Source: Antedon mediterranea (taxonomy: Eukaryota > Animalia > Echinodermata). Taken from it: a DNA stretch of 64,000 nucleotides. How positions within the stretch are numbered: the stretch's first letter is position 1; each line of letters begins with the position of its first letter. The stretch spans positions 146,101 to 210,100 of the forward strand of contig NC_092677.1 of assembly GCF_964355755.1 (NCBI RefSeq), in the 5' to 3' direction. Both the position numbers and the translations under genes were made by a program. Below are positions 1-12,702 of this stretch, piece by piece. A model generated the notes under the pieces. The model saw only the letters and a program-made list of their open reading frames with translations, was not told where the DNA came from and did no database searches.

Positions 1-91
1 TAGTGATATGTTCAAATATGGTAGTGATAAGACATCATGTCTATATATGGGCACATCACATTTTGTTGTCCCATCAAGTTTGACAGAGCTT
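1..91. mobile_element. Partial MITE; family with terminal AAGCTCTGTCTACACTATCAAACT
   Basis: Shares GTAGTGATA..GGGCACATCACA and the terminal GACAGAGCTT with copies at about 41823-41975 and 51350-51461. Confidence 0.6.
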
Positions 92-96
92 ATTAC

Positions 97-3000
97 CTTG
101 TGTACGACCCAGCCATGGAAGATAGAACTTTGATGCGTGGAATATTCTTCAGTTGAAGTGAAAATTGGATCATCATCAGAAAATATTGCTCGATACTGAG
201 TGATAATATCAAATAGATGAACTCTGCTGAGTTCAATCACCTTTGTTATATGTATGTAGGCTAAATCAATGAAAAACAACAAAGTATTAGTCACAGGATA
301 TGGTAACTGTTATAATATCACTGAAAATCTTTAAACAAATCCTGCAGTAGGCAATAATTATAGAATGTTGAAATAAAAAAAATTATAAATGATTTACATT
401 ATTAGGGCAAGCTGTACTCACTATCATCCGTTGATATTGAACTAAGTATTCCTTGAAACCAAGCAAGCTGTACTCACCATCATCCGTTGATATTGAACTA
501 AGTATTCCTTGAAACCAAGCAAGCTGTACTCACCATCATCCGTTGATATTGAACTAAGTATTCCTTGAAACCAAGCAAGCTGTACTCACCATCATCCGTT
601 GATATTGAACTAAGTATTCCTTGAAACCAAGCAAGCTGTACTCACCATCATCCGTTGATATTGAACTAAGTATTCCTTGAAACCAAGCAAGCTGCACTCA
701 CCATCATCCGTTGATATTGAACTAAGTATTCCTTGAAACCAAGCAAGCTGTACTCACCATCATCCGTTGATATTGAACTAAGTATTCCTTGAAACCAAGC
801 AAGCTGCACTCACCATCATCCGTTGATATTGAACTAAGTATTCCTTGAAACCAAGCAAGCTGTACTCACCATCATCCGTTGATATTGAACTAAGTATTCC
901 TTGAAACCAAGCAAGCTGTACTCACCATCATCCGTTGATATTGAACTAAGTATTCCTTGAAACCAAGCAAGCTGTACTCACCATCATCCGTTGATATTGA
1001 ACTAAGTATTCCTTGAAACCAAGCAAGCTGTACTCACTATCATCCGTTGATATTGAACTAAGTATTCCTTGAAACCAAGCAAGCTGTACTCACCATCATC
1101 CGTTGATATTGAACTAAGTATTCCTTGAAACCAAGCAAGCTGTACTCACTATCATCCGTTGATATTGAACTAAGTATTCCTTGAAACCAAGCAAGCTGTA
1201 CTCACCATCATCCGTTGATATTGAACTAAGTATTCCTTGAAACCAAGCAAGCTGCACTCACCATCATCAGTTGATATTGAACTAAGTATTCCTTGAAACC
1301 AAGCAAGCTGTACTCACCATCATCCGTTGATATTGAACTAAGTATTCCTTGAAACCAAGCAAGCTGTACTCACCATCATCCGTTGATATTGAACTAAGTA
1401 TTCCTTGAAACCAAGCAAGCTGTACTCACCATCATCCGTTGATATTGAACTAAGTATTCCTTGAAACCAAGCAAGCTGTACTCACCATCATCCGTTGATA
1501 TTGAACTAAGTATTCCTTGAAACCAAGCAAGCTGTACTCACCATCATCCGTTGATATTGAACTAAGTATTCCTTGAAACCAAGCAAGCTGTACTCACCAT
1601 CATCCGTTGATATTAAACTAAGTATTCCTTGAAACCAAGCAAGCTGTACTCACCATCATCCGTTGATATTGAACTAAGTATTCCTTGAAACCAAGCAAGC
1701 TGTACTCACCATCATCCGTTGATATTAAACTAAGTATTCCTTGAAACCAAGCAAGCTGTACTCACCATCATCCGTTGATATTGAACTAAGTATTCCTTGA
1801 AACCAAGCAAGCTGTACTCACCATCATCCGTTGATATTGAACTAAGTATTCCTTGAAACCAAGCAAGCTGTACTCACCATCATCCGTTGATATTGAACTA
1901 AGTATTCCTTGAAACCAAGCAAGCTGTACTCACCATCATCCGTTGATATTGAACTAAGTATTCCTTGAAACCAAGCAAGCTGTACTCACCATCATCCGTT
2001 GATATTGAACTAAGTATTCCTTGAAACCAAGCAAGCTGTACTCACCATCATCCGTTGATATTAAACTAAGTATTCCTTGAAACCAAGCAAGCTGTACTCA
2101 CCATCATCCGTTAATATTGAACTAAGTATTCCTTGAAACCAAGCAAGCTGCACTCACCATCATCCGTTGATATTGAACTAAGTATTCCTTGAAACCAAGC
2201 ATCTCTTGCTTGCAAGAACTTAATCCTCAGCTCAGATTCTGAAAATACATCCATTCGACGTAAATAACCGATAACTCTAAGACAAGCGGGAAGCTGTAGA
2301 CTGGTTCTTAACTGTTGGATCAACTGATTTAACATCAGCTGCATCGAATTCTTCACTTCATTTACGATGTCCTGAAAAAAATAATACAAAGGATCAATAT
2401 CAATCTCTGTGTGTGTATAGTCTAACATGTTTTGATTGAAAAAACTGAAAAAAATAATACAATGTACCTGAATAACTGGGATGGATGCATGCTTCTTTTC
2501 AAGTCGTTTGACATAAGCTGAGAGTTCAAGTGCTTCTTCATAGTAGTTGTTTCGTACACATGTGTCCATCAATTGTGGGATTTCCAAAACCTCCAGTAAC
2601 TGGTTATGTTTGTTTAATGTTAATGTGTTTAATCGGCGACTGTGTAACAAAAATAGTGCCAATTTTGAACAGCATTTATTTTCAGAATTCTGAGAGCATC
2701 TAAAAAAACTTCTCTCCATAGATATTATTTTCAACAATGGAAATCTCAATGGCATCCAGAACTGAGATTCATGGTTTTAAGTTTCAAAGGTTATTGAACT
2801 TTTAAAATAATATTACATTAATGTCATTGGACTTGATCATTTCAGATAAACTTACCTTACATTAATGTCATTAGCAGACTTCATAAATTGCTGACACTGA
2901 TCACCAAAGTTAGGAAGTTTGCTTAATAAATTGTTTACATGTTGCTCCACAAGATTGAACTGGAAAAGTAAAAGAGTAATTCCCTTTAAACTTGATAACC

Positions 3001-4683
3001 TACCTATAGATACAAACAATGTCATAGCTATTCTTAATTGTTGTTACTTTCATCACACATTTTAATTGAACACATTTGGAGTAAATTTATATTTGGTGGT
3101 ATTTTAATGAATTATACATTTTTACACCTTTTTTCAAGTAGCATGAAAAAAGTGGATGCATATTTAACTTTGGTTACAATTTGTTGATATAGTGTAGTGT
3201 AGGGGTTAGGGGTGCAACTACATTGTCACAGATTATTAAAGTAATCAATTGTCACAGATTATTAAAGTAATCAATTGTCACAGATTATTAAAGTAATCAA
3301 TTGTCACAGATTATTAAAGTAATCAATTGTCACAGATTATTAAAGTAATCAATTGTCACAGATTATTAAAGTAATCAATTGTCACAGATTATTAAAGTAA
3401 TCAATTGTCACAGATTATTAAAGTAATCAATTGTCACAGATTATTAAAGTAATCAGTTGTCACAGATTATTAAAGTAATCAATTGTCACAGATTATTAAA
3501 TTAATCAATCTTACATCTTCAACAATTTCTTTAGAACAATCAGCTGTTTCAATAAATGTTTTATAATTGTGAAATGCTAGTTCTTGTGTCTGTTCCAAAA
3601 TTTGCGCTCGTTCTTCTGCTAAACGCTCTGGTTCATGATCTGTGTAAACATAAATGAATCAAGTTTTAATAGAAAAAAATTTTAATGTGTAAAACTCATC
3701 AATATAAATGCGTTATAAACTTATTTACAGTATATATTATAATCTTTCCCAATACCACATATTTGGAGGAGCAGTCATTTTACAATAATGCACTTGTCAA
3801 TTGTATGACCCACTATACGACCCCCGGGAGAGGTGCGTCATTTGTCCGATGTGCGTCGACCTTTGAATACCATGACGCACCCGTGCGTAAAAAATGTGAC
3901 TTACTTTTAGGTGACCATGACGCACCCATTTTGACGCACTGTGACCATGTTGTTTATGATATGGTGGGTGGTAAAGTGACGGACATTGACACACCTTGTT
4001 CATTGATGTGACGTACCATCTAGGTTTTTTGACGCACCCCTGCGTCAGTAATTATTTGTAAATGACGCACCCATGACGCACGTCTCCCGGGGGTCGTATA
4101 GTGGGTCATACAATTGACAAGTGCATAATAATAGGTAATAAATAACTTCATTTTACTATAACAAAATCTTACTTAATTTGTCGATGCCAAAAGAACTTAG
4201 TTCCGTTAAATATTGCACAAAATCAGGACTGTCTCTCCAGGTTTCTGAAAAACAAAATCAGGATCCAAAATTGTAATTTCATTAGAAAAGGTTTGTTTTA
4301 AGAACCTTAATTTTTGGGACAAAAAAAAATGTCAAGGCAACGAAGTGGCAAGGCAACCTCTCAAAATGCTGTTTTACTGGGCTTGCACTTGCGTACATCC
4401 TACAACTACATTATAGGCCTACTAGCCTAGCTAGGCCCTAGCTAGCTAGGCCTAGGTAGGTTAGGCGGCGTAGCCTACTGTACTAGCCTCTAGTAGGTAG
4501 GCTAGCCTAGCTAGCTAGGTTGAGTGCCAGGAATAGCTCTTTACATTTTTGTTATGAAATTAATGGATCTATAAATTAAACATTTATGTTAGCTATTAAG
4601 GATCGCCATTGTTTGTTACCAGGAAATGAATCCTTGAAAATTGATGACAAAATTGTTCCATCCTCCACGTCAACAAGTGCCAT
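97..4683 (-). CDS. COG8: Conserved oligomeric Golgi complex subunit 8, 5' part (7 exons; gene continues beyond the left edge)
   Basis: Exons 4620-4683, 4173-4244, 3515-3639, 2856-2959, 2468-2639, 2158-2371 and 97-260 join in frame through GT-AG introns. Peptides [74 protein letters not shown] and IFHGWV are typical of COG8/Dor1. Confidence 0.95.
407..2200. repeat. 56-bp tandem array, about 32 copies, made of the COG8 exon 6 end plus its splice donor
   Basis: Unit GCAAGCTGTACTCACCATCATCCGTTGATATTGAACTAAGTATTCCTTGAAACCAA, near-identical copies. On the minus strand it reads as 43 nt of exon plus GTGAGTACAGCTT. Confidence 0.97.
3222..3509. repeat. 26-bp tandem array, about 11 copies, in COG8 intron 3
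   Basis: Unit ATTGTCACAGATTATTAAAGTAATCA; it starts about 5 nt into the intron from the exon 3 donor at 3514. Confidence 0.95.
3789..4125. mobile_element. PIF/Harbinger (Tourist)-like MITE, 337 bp
   Basis: About 43-bp perfect TIR TGCACTTGTCAATTGTATGACCCACTATACGACCCCCGGGAGA, TAA on both flanks, and internal repeated TGACGCAC motifs. Confidence 0.88.
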
Positions 4684-5896
4684 CTTTTTTGCGGATTTTT
4701 TAAGGTTCAGATCAGCGTAAATTTGACGACTGGATGGAAAATTCTCTACGGAGCGCCATTTATGCCTTTATTAACTTCAATAATAGAAATAGTCCTGCAT
4801 GTACGTTGTGGTGTGACGGGTAATGCTTAGTTTTGAGTGCTCTCAGATTGGGTTCGATCCTCTATGAATATTTTTAATAATGAAAATGAATAGTTAATTG
4901 CTTTTCTTTTATTTTGAAAGAGAGATATTTACAGGGTTAAAAATGTCAGTGGACACTTTTTTTTAAATGAAACAAAGTCGTATTGGCATATATTTTTCCA
5001 TTAAATAGACTGCCATAAAACCTCGAAAAGAAGCCGATGTGCTCTTTAATTTTTTAGTACTCTTGGGAGGGCTTTCAACTTCTTTGCTTTAATCTATAAT
5101 TAAAGGTTAACAAAATTAAAATGTAACATTGTAGCACGTTGACCGCGAAAGACTAACAATAACATCTTTCCCATTACACCTGCAAAACACAAATTCATTT
5201 GTATAACAACGCATCCACGGCATACGAAACTGTTTAAAAATAGAGCTGCACAAGGTCCCCGAAAATGACACTTATAATTTGAAAAAAAAGTATATTTACG
5301 AGTCTTCAGCAGACCCATCATGCTTGGGGCTGAGCAAAGATAATTTTTAAAAATAGAGCAGATAGGTTCCCGGCCGAAAAATGTCACTTACATGATTTGA
5401 AATATGAAACAAATTATATAAGACAAATCGGCATCTTTACAATGTTCTATATTTATATAATCAGTCCTCATTAACCAAAGACAAACTGTTTGTTTAAAAC
5501 ATATTTATTCTGGGACGTTGCGTCCAATACACGTCAACTACCATAAACTTTTATACATAACAATACATATTAGTACAATACAATATCTTGTATGAAACAG
5601 ATATTTCAAAATACAGCATATAATGTGGTACGGTAGAATAATAATCTTTTAATGTAAAAGATTAACAAAATCAAAATTTAACAGTTTAGCGTGTTGACCG
5701 AGAATGACTAACAATACCCTCTTCCCCACTGCACTTGCACAAACTCATTTCAACAACGCACGGCATACCAGTTATAAAATTCTCTTTTAAACAGCGTAAC
5801 GAATAAAAATTAATTAAAATTGAGGGCGCTAAACATAGATTTAACTTTATTCCATGCCACCCGACCAGCGTGAGAATCGAAGCCGCGACATTCGTG

Positions 5897-6030
5897 TATT
5901 TATTTATTTATTTATTTGGAATTACACCTTTAGATCGGTGGCACACTTAGCACAAAGTTGCATCCTTCACAATATAAAATATAACAATTAACAGAAAAGT
6001 AAAAAAAGGCAAAAGCAACTATCAACCCCT
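5897..6030 (-). mobile_element. 3' end of a non-LTR retroposon (SINE/LINE tail) ending in (TAAA)n
   Basis: About 130 bp nearly identical to 45217-45343; ATTT-repeat tail on the + strand. Confidence 0.65.
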
Positions 6031-6173
6031 ATTAAAATGTAATTTAAAGCAAAAAATGGTCAAATTGGCTGCTAGCCAATGAATTTTTGGTTGAATTTAA
6101 CCATTTATTTTGTCATTTTACAAGTGAAAATATTATTTTTTGTCGGTTTTAACATATTCAAAGTCTGATTTAA

Positions 6174-6717
6174 AGATGTATTGTCCTTTGAAACACAAAA
6201 AAATGAAGGTCAAAATATTCTAAATTTAAAGTGGCCATATCAAAGTAATATTAAAGTTATTCACTTAAAGTCGAAAATTTGAGCCAAAAACAACAAATTT
6301 ACGTAATTAACAGGTAAATTAGTTTGATTACATTTCATCTGGAAAATCGTCATGAGCGAAAGTAAACAAAGATTTCAAACCATGAGTACGCATTATGCAT
6401 ATGCTAAATTAGGATTGTTTACAACTCGTCACGGTTAAAGGTATTTTCACACAGATCATGAGGAAGTTTTATGATTATGCATACAGAGTATCCAAACAAG
6501 CGCGTTTCATTATGGGATATGTTTTGATTGAAAACTTTGACTGGAAGTCAAAGTTATTTTTTTAACAAAAAACGTCTGTATTTCAGTTAAATTTTTTTTT
6601 TTTCGAAAAATTTTTGGTGATAGTTAATAACTATTATGATACTTCAAAATGACCCATCTTTTTTCGAAACCTTTTATTTTTTATTTTTTTGGAATTAGTC
6701 AAAGGGACAATACATCT
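6174..6717. mobile_element. Non-autonomous TTAA-targeting DNA transposon (Kolobok-like), nested in a related shorter element
   Basis: TIR AGATGTATTGTCC...GGACAATACATCT with TTAA at 6170-6173 and 6718-6721. An inverted relative lies at 45688-46211. Confidence 0.8.
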
Positions 6718-8468
6718 TTAATTAATCTTCATTTTCCATGGTTTTGGGGGACAATACATCTTTAAATAGACTACCATAAAACCTCGAAAATAAGCCGATT
6801 TGCTCCTTTATTGGATGGGCTTCCTTTCAACGGATATGCTTCTTTTCCACATGGGGTTCTTTTCGATATTACTTTTGCTAATTAAAGGAGGAGAGCTGCT
6901 AGGTTCCCGTCCGGAAATTGTTTCTTTATATAATTTGAATTTCTAATAAAGATTAACAAAATCAACATTTAACAGTGTGGCGTGTTGATCGCGTATGACG
7001 ACTAACAATACCATCTTCCCCATTACAGCTGTACAAACTCATTTGCATACCAACGCCCGGCATACCAAAAATGTTTAATATAAAGCTGCAAGGTAGTCTT
7101 CAGTAACCCCACCATGCTTGGGACTGAGCCCTCTTGGCTGGGCTTCTTTTTGGGCCAGCCATACCATGGTGGTATAGAACAAATCACTGCACATAGAGCG
7201 ATGAACACGTGGACTTAAAATGATTTAAATTCACTAGATATATTCGGTTTTACTTTGAACTTTATTGTTCTAAATATACATGTTACATTATCAGCAAATC
7301 ATAAGGTAATAAACAGTATCATGAGTAAGTATAATACAATGAAATCTTAAAGTAGATTGAGACCCCACCCACCATTCTAGAAAACTAGTTTAAGCAACAT
7401 TTAAATAAAGATTTTATTAATTACAAGATTCTTAGCATCAGAGAAACCTTACCTTAGAACAATTACTTTATATTGTATCAACACATAATATATAGCAAAT
7501 ATGTGAATAAAGTCTAACTAAGTATTACTTTCATGTGTCTCAACAATTAGTAGTGAACAATTCAATTCTGTTTTTTAAATAAGAACCAGAAATAAACTGG
7601 TAATATGATCAACAAATTTCTTGGAATGCAAAAGCAAACTGTGGCGGTTGTAAAAAAAAGAATATTAGTTCTCGCTTGCAAAGCAGTGATAGATTAATAT
7701 TTGTAAACATTCAAATATTACTCTCTAAACAATGTTTTATGACAAACACACAACTTACAGAATGTATATCAAAGAATAATGAAATAATTCAACTTCATAT
7801 ACAGCTAGGTAGCTTTTGACATAGAATAACCATATCTTGCCTTTCATGATTTTAGAATTTTGAAGTAAAATCAAATACTGTACTTAAATTATTATATTAC
7901 ACCTGTTTTAACTTTTTATCATAGAGAAAATAATTTGTCTGCAGAAATGATGCATATTCAGCATCCCCTTTCAGTGAACCTGTATTTGGTAGCATTACTT
8001 ATCAAGATGGTGTTTGTGCAAAGCCAAAGTAATGTGGTAACAACATTTTACACAGAAGTACAGCAACTGAAATCTACTCAAAAACAACTTTGTGTACACT
8101 TGGTAATAGTTTGTGAGCTACAGCACTCATTACTTCCAGTTAATGCTCCATCTATGCACATTAATGTAATTTACAATGTTACCATTATTATTCATGTGTG
8201 TGTTGTCATATTATTACTGCCTTCTGTGTACTGCTTCAGAACACCACCCTTAACAAATCATGTACATAACATATGCCAAATAGAAGCCTCAGTCGGAATA
8301 AGACCATTACTATAATTTTATCAGAATATAATAAATTGAATTTTTGCTTGACCCGAGTAGGTCACCATTTTTGTCACATATATACAGATGTTTGACAGTT
8401 GGTTCAATCTATAGTATGTTGACTTTACAAAAACATTAAACAAATCTAGTAAATAAGATAAAGGTAGA

Positions 8469-11400
8469 TTATACGATTTCATATTTTTCCACAATTAGGG
8501 CTACATCAGATGAGAACTTAACTGGTTTTTCAGTTTCTATCTGCATTACATCAGATACCTACAAGACAAAAAAAAACAATTATAAATAACTACCAGATAT
8601 CTATTATCCTTACTAACAAATTGCTCATCTCTTTGTTTAAAAATGTTCAAACAATAATAATAGTTGCACATTATTACCCCGGCCATTTTTTTTTATCGTA
8701 CACGTAATAATGCAACTAGTAATCAGCGCAAAGTTGTGTCTTGCAGTTATACAGTCTTAATGACACAACAAAACTAATAGTTAATACTGTACACACAAAC
8801 TTACACACTTACTTACAACTGCTAATAATAACATTAATACAAAATTACTAACCTCAATATCACAGTATGATTTTCTTGATAAAAAGCCAACAGTTACTGG
8901 GAAAAAGTCATTGGGGTGTCCAGAGATGGTGAATTCTAAACTGCCTGTTTTATTACTGGAATCAATTACTGGAAGAGTCCACTCTAGAAGATTCTTTCTA
9001 CTATCATGTTTATAGTTACCATCAATATCACCAACAACTGGGGCTCCAAGACCACTCCTTATCAAGACAAGCAAAACAATTATATTAATAAATGTCAACA
9101 ACCAAGGTGTCTAAAGAGGTTTGAAATACAACTGTAACCAATACATTAAAATAATAACACTAAATATATAGTTTCTGTATGAAGAATATTGCAATAAAAT
9201 ACATACAAATCACGTATGTTAACAGTAGGTAGGTAAAGACAATGCAAATCACGTATGTTAACAGTAGGTAGTTAAAGACAATGCAAACTGACTTACGGTA
9301 GTGGAATGTTGATACACACATCTTGTAGTTCCATATGTTCTTCCTTTAATTCATACTCAATGTTTACATCACATCCACCATCATTGTTTTCTGATGGCCA
9401 ACAGTTTACTAAATAATATATAAATTAACAATTACTTGACTATTTACCATGGTGATATAGTGCCAGGTTATTAAAACAATGAAAGTAAATAGAGCACGTT
9501 TAAGTACGAACTTACTTGAGAGTGGAATAAATGATTCATCTTGAGTATTAAACCTCCATTTCAAAATTCCAACATCATTGTTCAACGGGAAAGGTTTGGC
9601 TGGATTTTTCATAGCAACAAACGATTCGGCTGCAAAGCGTTTCTTATCGACGTTGGGGTGAGTTTGAAGTTGAATTCCTTTACTATCATTGTTAGCAATT
9701 CCAATTTGTACTCTACCATATTGATCATCTGATATCCGTAAATACACAATACCAAGAACTTCTAACGTTTGAAGTCCTCCATCTCTACCAGCTACTAAAG
9801 TCATCTTCTCTTCCACTCTTAAATGCACACTGAAATTATATACAAAAATATTAAAAATGGCAACAAAACAATCCAACAAATTATTATGGCTATTGGAATG
9901 CTCACTTGAGACTCACTCGCCCTGCCCACGAAAGGAATAAATGGCACAAAATAATAAAGCGTGTTAATATATACACATTGGAAGGTATTGGAAAATGTTT
10001 ATTAATTTCTGAGCTCAGAGTCATCATTATTTTAATTTGTCAAAGAAACAAAAGCTATAAAACCATTAGAATGTAAAAGCATGCACTATAAAATGTACCT
10101 TTCTGTTTTATTAGCTGGAGTTGTAGTTTTTGCAACGCTACTGGATTGTCTGGATTTTGTTGCTGATGTCACCCTTTCACCTTCTCTTTCCAGTTTGTTA
10201 ACAAACTGATCAACGTCTGTTGATTTGCTGGACAATCTCATTCCTTTGCCGGTTAATGGTCTGCAAAACAAAATAATAGATTAAGAGTCTTTTAATTCTT
10301 CAACTAGACAACTGTAAAAAAACCATAAAATCAAATCAAATTTGGCCAGTGCAAGGTCATTGACTAATGTACTTCAACCATCAAGTATTTACCTAGATTG
10401 TGGTTTCTTAGATTCTTGACGTGGTAAGGTTTCTTCCACTATTTGAGAATAGTCTGATTTAGAACTACTGCTCCCAATTCCACCATAACCTCCTAGTGCT
10501 CGTCCTCCAACCTTTTGAGCTGCTTTCCTTTGCATATTTAATTCTTGTGCCTTTTTCTTCATAGCTTTTTTAGCTTCATCTTCTTGTGTCTAAAAAAAAA
10601 AATTATTATCCTGTATTGAACTTGAATTTATTAATTTGGTCAGTTATGAATAGGAAAATGCTATAACACATTCTGGCCAAGGTTACATTATATGTTACAT
10701 CAACTAGTTTTTATATCACATAAAACTTGAATGGGATAACTATAAGGTTGGTTAATCTATCACCCAACACACATATTAAAATTTAGCAAACATTTGTTTA
10801 TAGTATATAATTACCCTTCTAACAGCATTAAACACTTTTTCTTCGTGTGAATCCATTTCAGTAAATGTACGAATCTGGGCTAAATTGACACTTTCACGAT
10901 AACCCAACGCAACAATTTCATCAAAAGCAGAAATTAGCTCAAAGGCATGCTCTAGAATCTCAGATTCTTCCATTGCTTTACAGTATTCAGGGATAACTCG
11001 TGAAAACAAGCGCAGCGTTTCAAGATCTTCCAATATGTTACTTGCTTTGGTTGTTATAAGAAGCATGTATAGTTTTTCTAGAGGTTGATAAACATAACGC
11101 ACACTTTCAGTTTCAACAAACGTGTGCTGTTTGCCAGTATTCATGAGTTTTGGAAATGCAGCCAAAAGTCCTTCTATGCGAGCTCTGGTCATTTCTACAA
11201 ACTGACGTGATAGCAGTGCTTTACCAGTCTTGGTACATATAGCTGCTGCTAAAAGTACCTATCCAAAAATAAGATATTGATGTATATTTATTATAATTAT
11301 TTCCAGAATTGCATACAAATGCAGTAACTAGGGTAGGTAGGCCAATTGTTTGTCATTTGCAATGTAATTTATTTACTACTCGCATTTTATCCAGTAGTAG

Positions 11401-12702
11401 GCCTAATTAATTAAAGGGTATATAATATGTGAAAAAGCCTAAAGAATCTACTGACTATCATAGATAGTATTTTTATTTTATTATAAAAGGCCTAATTTAT
11501 TAATTCAATATTATTTAGCCTAATATTTATTTATTAGCCTAATAGGCCTATATTTTTTTTTTCATTTCATTTCATTTATTTCAATATCATTATCGCAGCC
11601 TTAGCTGAATTACAAAGATATTTACATTTGTTCAATATTAAAATTTGTATAAAAGTATAAAACCAATGATAAAAAAATATAAAAAAGGAGGTAATTTACA
11701 CAAGAAATACAATACAGGAACATTCAAAAAGTTTAGCTTAAAATATTAAAATAGAAAAAAAAAAAACACCTAAAAGCATCAATAAAAATCGCAAAGCTGT
11801 AATGGGTGATATATACTGATTATTCATTTAGAAGCGAGATAAGGTATGGTATTGCACTTTTTCTATATCTTTCAACTCTGCATTTGGGTTGTTGATACTT
11901 TACACGTCTTAGTTTCATGTTACTTACATTCTTCACTGGAAACCATTTTCCAAAATGAATACTTTTTGAACAATTCAGAGCAAACTTATAGCATAGATTA
12001 CGCCTTCTATCAGATAAAGTGTCTAAAGAAAGATCATTGAGTGCTTGGTCATAACATATGTAGTCATTACACAATATTATTCTGCAAGCCCTTTTTTGGA
12101 CAGATTCTATCATATCACTTTGTTTCTTAGTGAGACTAGAATGCCATACTGGGACAGCATATTCAACACTTGGTCTTATGTAACTCTTAAATACATCTAC
12201 AAGATCAAATTTCGGAAGATTGAACTTTCTTAATCTACATAATAATAATAATAATATAGGCCAAAGGCCTCTCTTCTCTCTAGTCTAGTCCTCTCACTCT
12301 ACCCTCTTTATTTAGCCTACAAAAAAAAAACCTACAAATTAAATTAGAAAGATTATTGATTGAAGATAAATACTACTAGGGCCTAGGCCCTAGCTAGCTG
12401 ACATAATTCAATTTTGAATAATAACAACTTTTAATAATATATTTATAAAAATTCAATGCTGCAAAAGAAACCTTTCAAGAGCTAAGCCGGTAGTACATGA
12501 ATAGTCTCTGCATAAGCCTGTAGATAGCCGCGAGAAAACCACACCGATCTGACAGTAGAACCTCCTAGTCTACGTGCATGCATAGGCCTAGCTGGGCCTA
12601 CACGTACCATCCATTAGCAGGTAAAAGTTATCTCAACCTACACAAAACTAGATTTAAAGACACTAAAACTATTGATATAATGAGTTTTAATCATCTTACC
12701 AT
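8469..12702 (-). CDS. ARCN1: Coatomer subunit delta (archain 1), 8 coding exons
   Basis: ATG-only first coding exon 12700-12702 (ATG|GTAAG), then 10815-11258, 10393-10589, 10099-10260, 9516-9829, 9297-9408, 8853-9057 and 8469-8558 in frame. Peptides [56 protein letters not shown] and NCWPSE. Minus-strand AATAAA at about 7261. Confidence 0.96.
11560..12240 (-). mobile_element. 5'-truncated LINE (CR1/L2-group) 3' end in ARCN1 intron 1
   Basis: ORF 11820-12113 [36 protein letters not shown] resembles a LINE ORF2 C-terminus; it is followed by a 3' UTR and a (TGAAA)n tail at about 11561-11580. Confidence 0.8.

Noticed and set aside
121-180. Suspected frameshift in COG8 exon 7
   Set aside because: On re-reading, the frame is open: [27 protein letters not shown].
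407-2200. CRISPR-like appearance of the regular arrays (also 47680-47987 and 19990-25530)
   Set aside because: Units are contiguous with no unique spacers, there are no cas genes, and the context is eukaryotic.
3685-4011. 108-aa and 68-aa ORFs
   Set aside because: They lie across the MITE in COG8 intron 2 and show no transposase motifs.
4805-4862. tRNA-like A box and B box (TGGTGTGACGG...GGTTCGATCC); similar remnant at about 5850-5897 on the minus strand
   Set aside because: No cloverleaf or acceptor stem could be formed; more likely decayed tRNA-derived SINE heads.
7935-8315. 126-aa + strand ORF
   Set aside because: Non-ATG start, antisense to the ARCN1 3' UTR, no recognisable motif.
12601-12620. 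Second ATG|GTACGT that could be an alternative ARCN1 first exon
   Set aside because: Possible, but ATG|GTAAGA at 12700-12702 is the better donor and nothing else supports the alternative.
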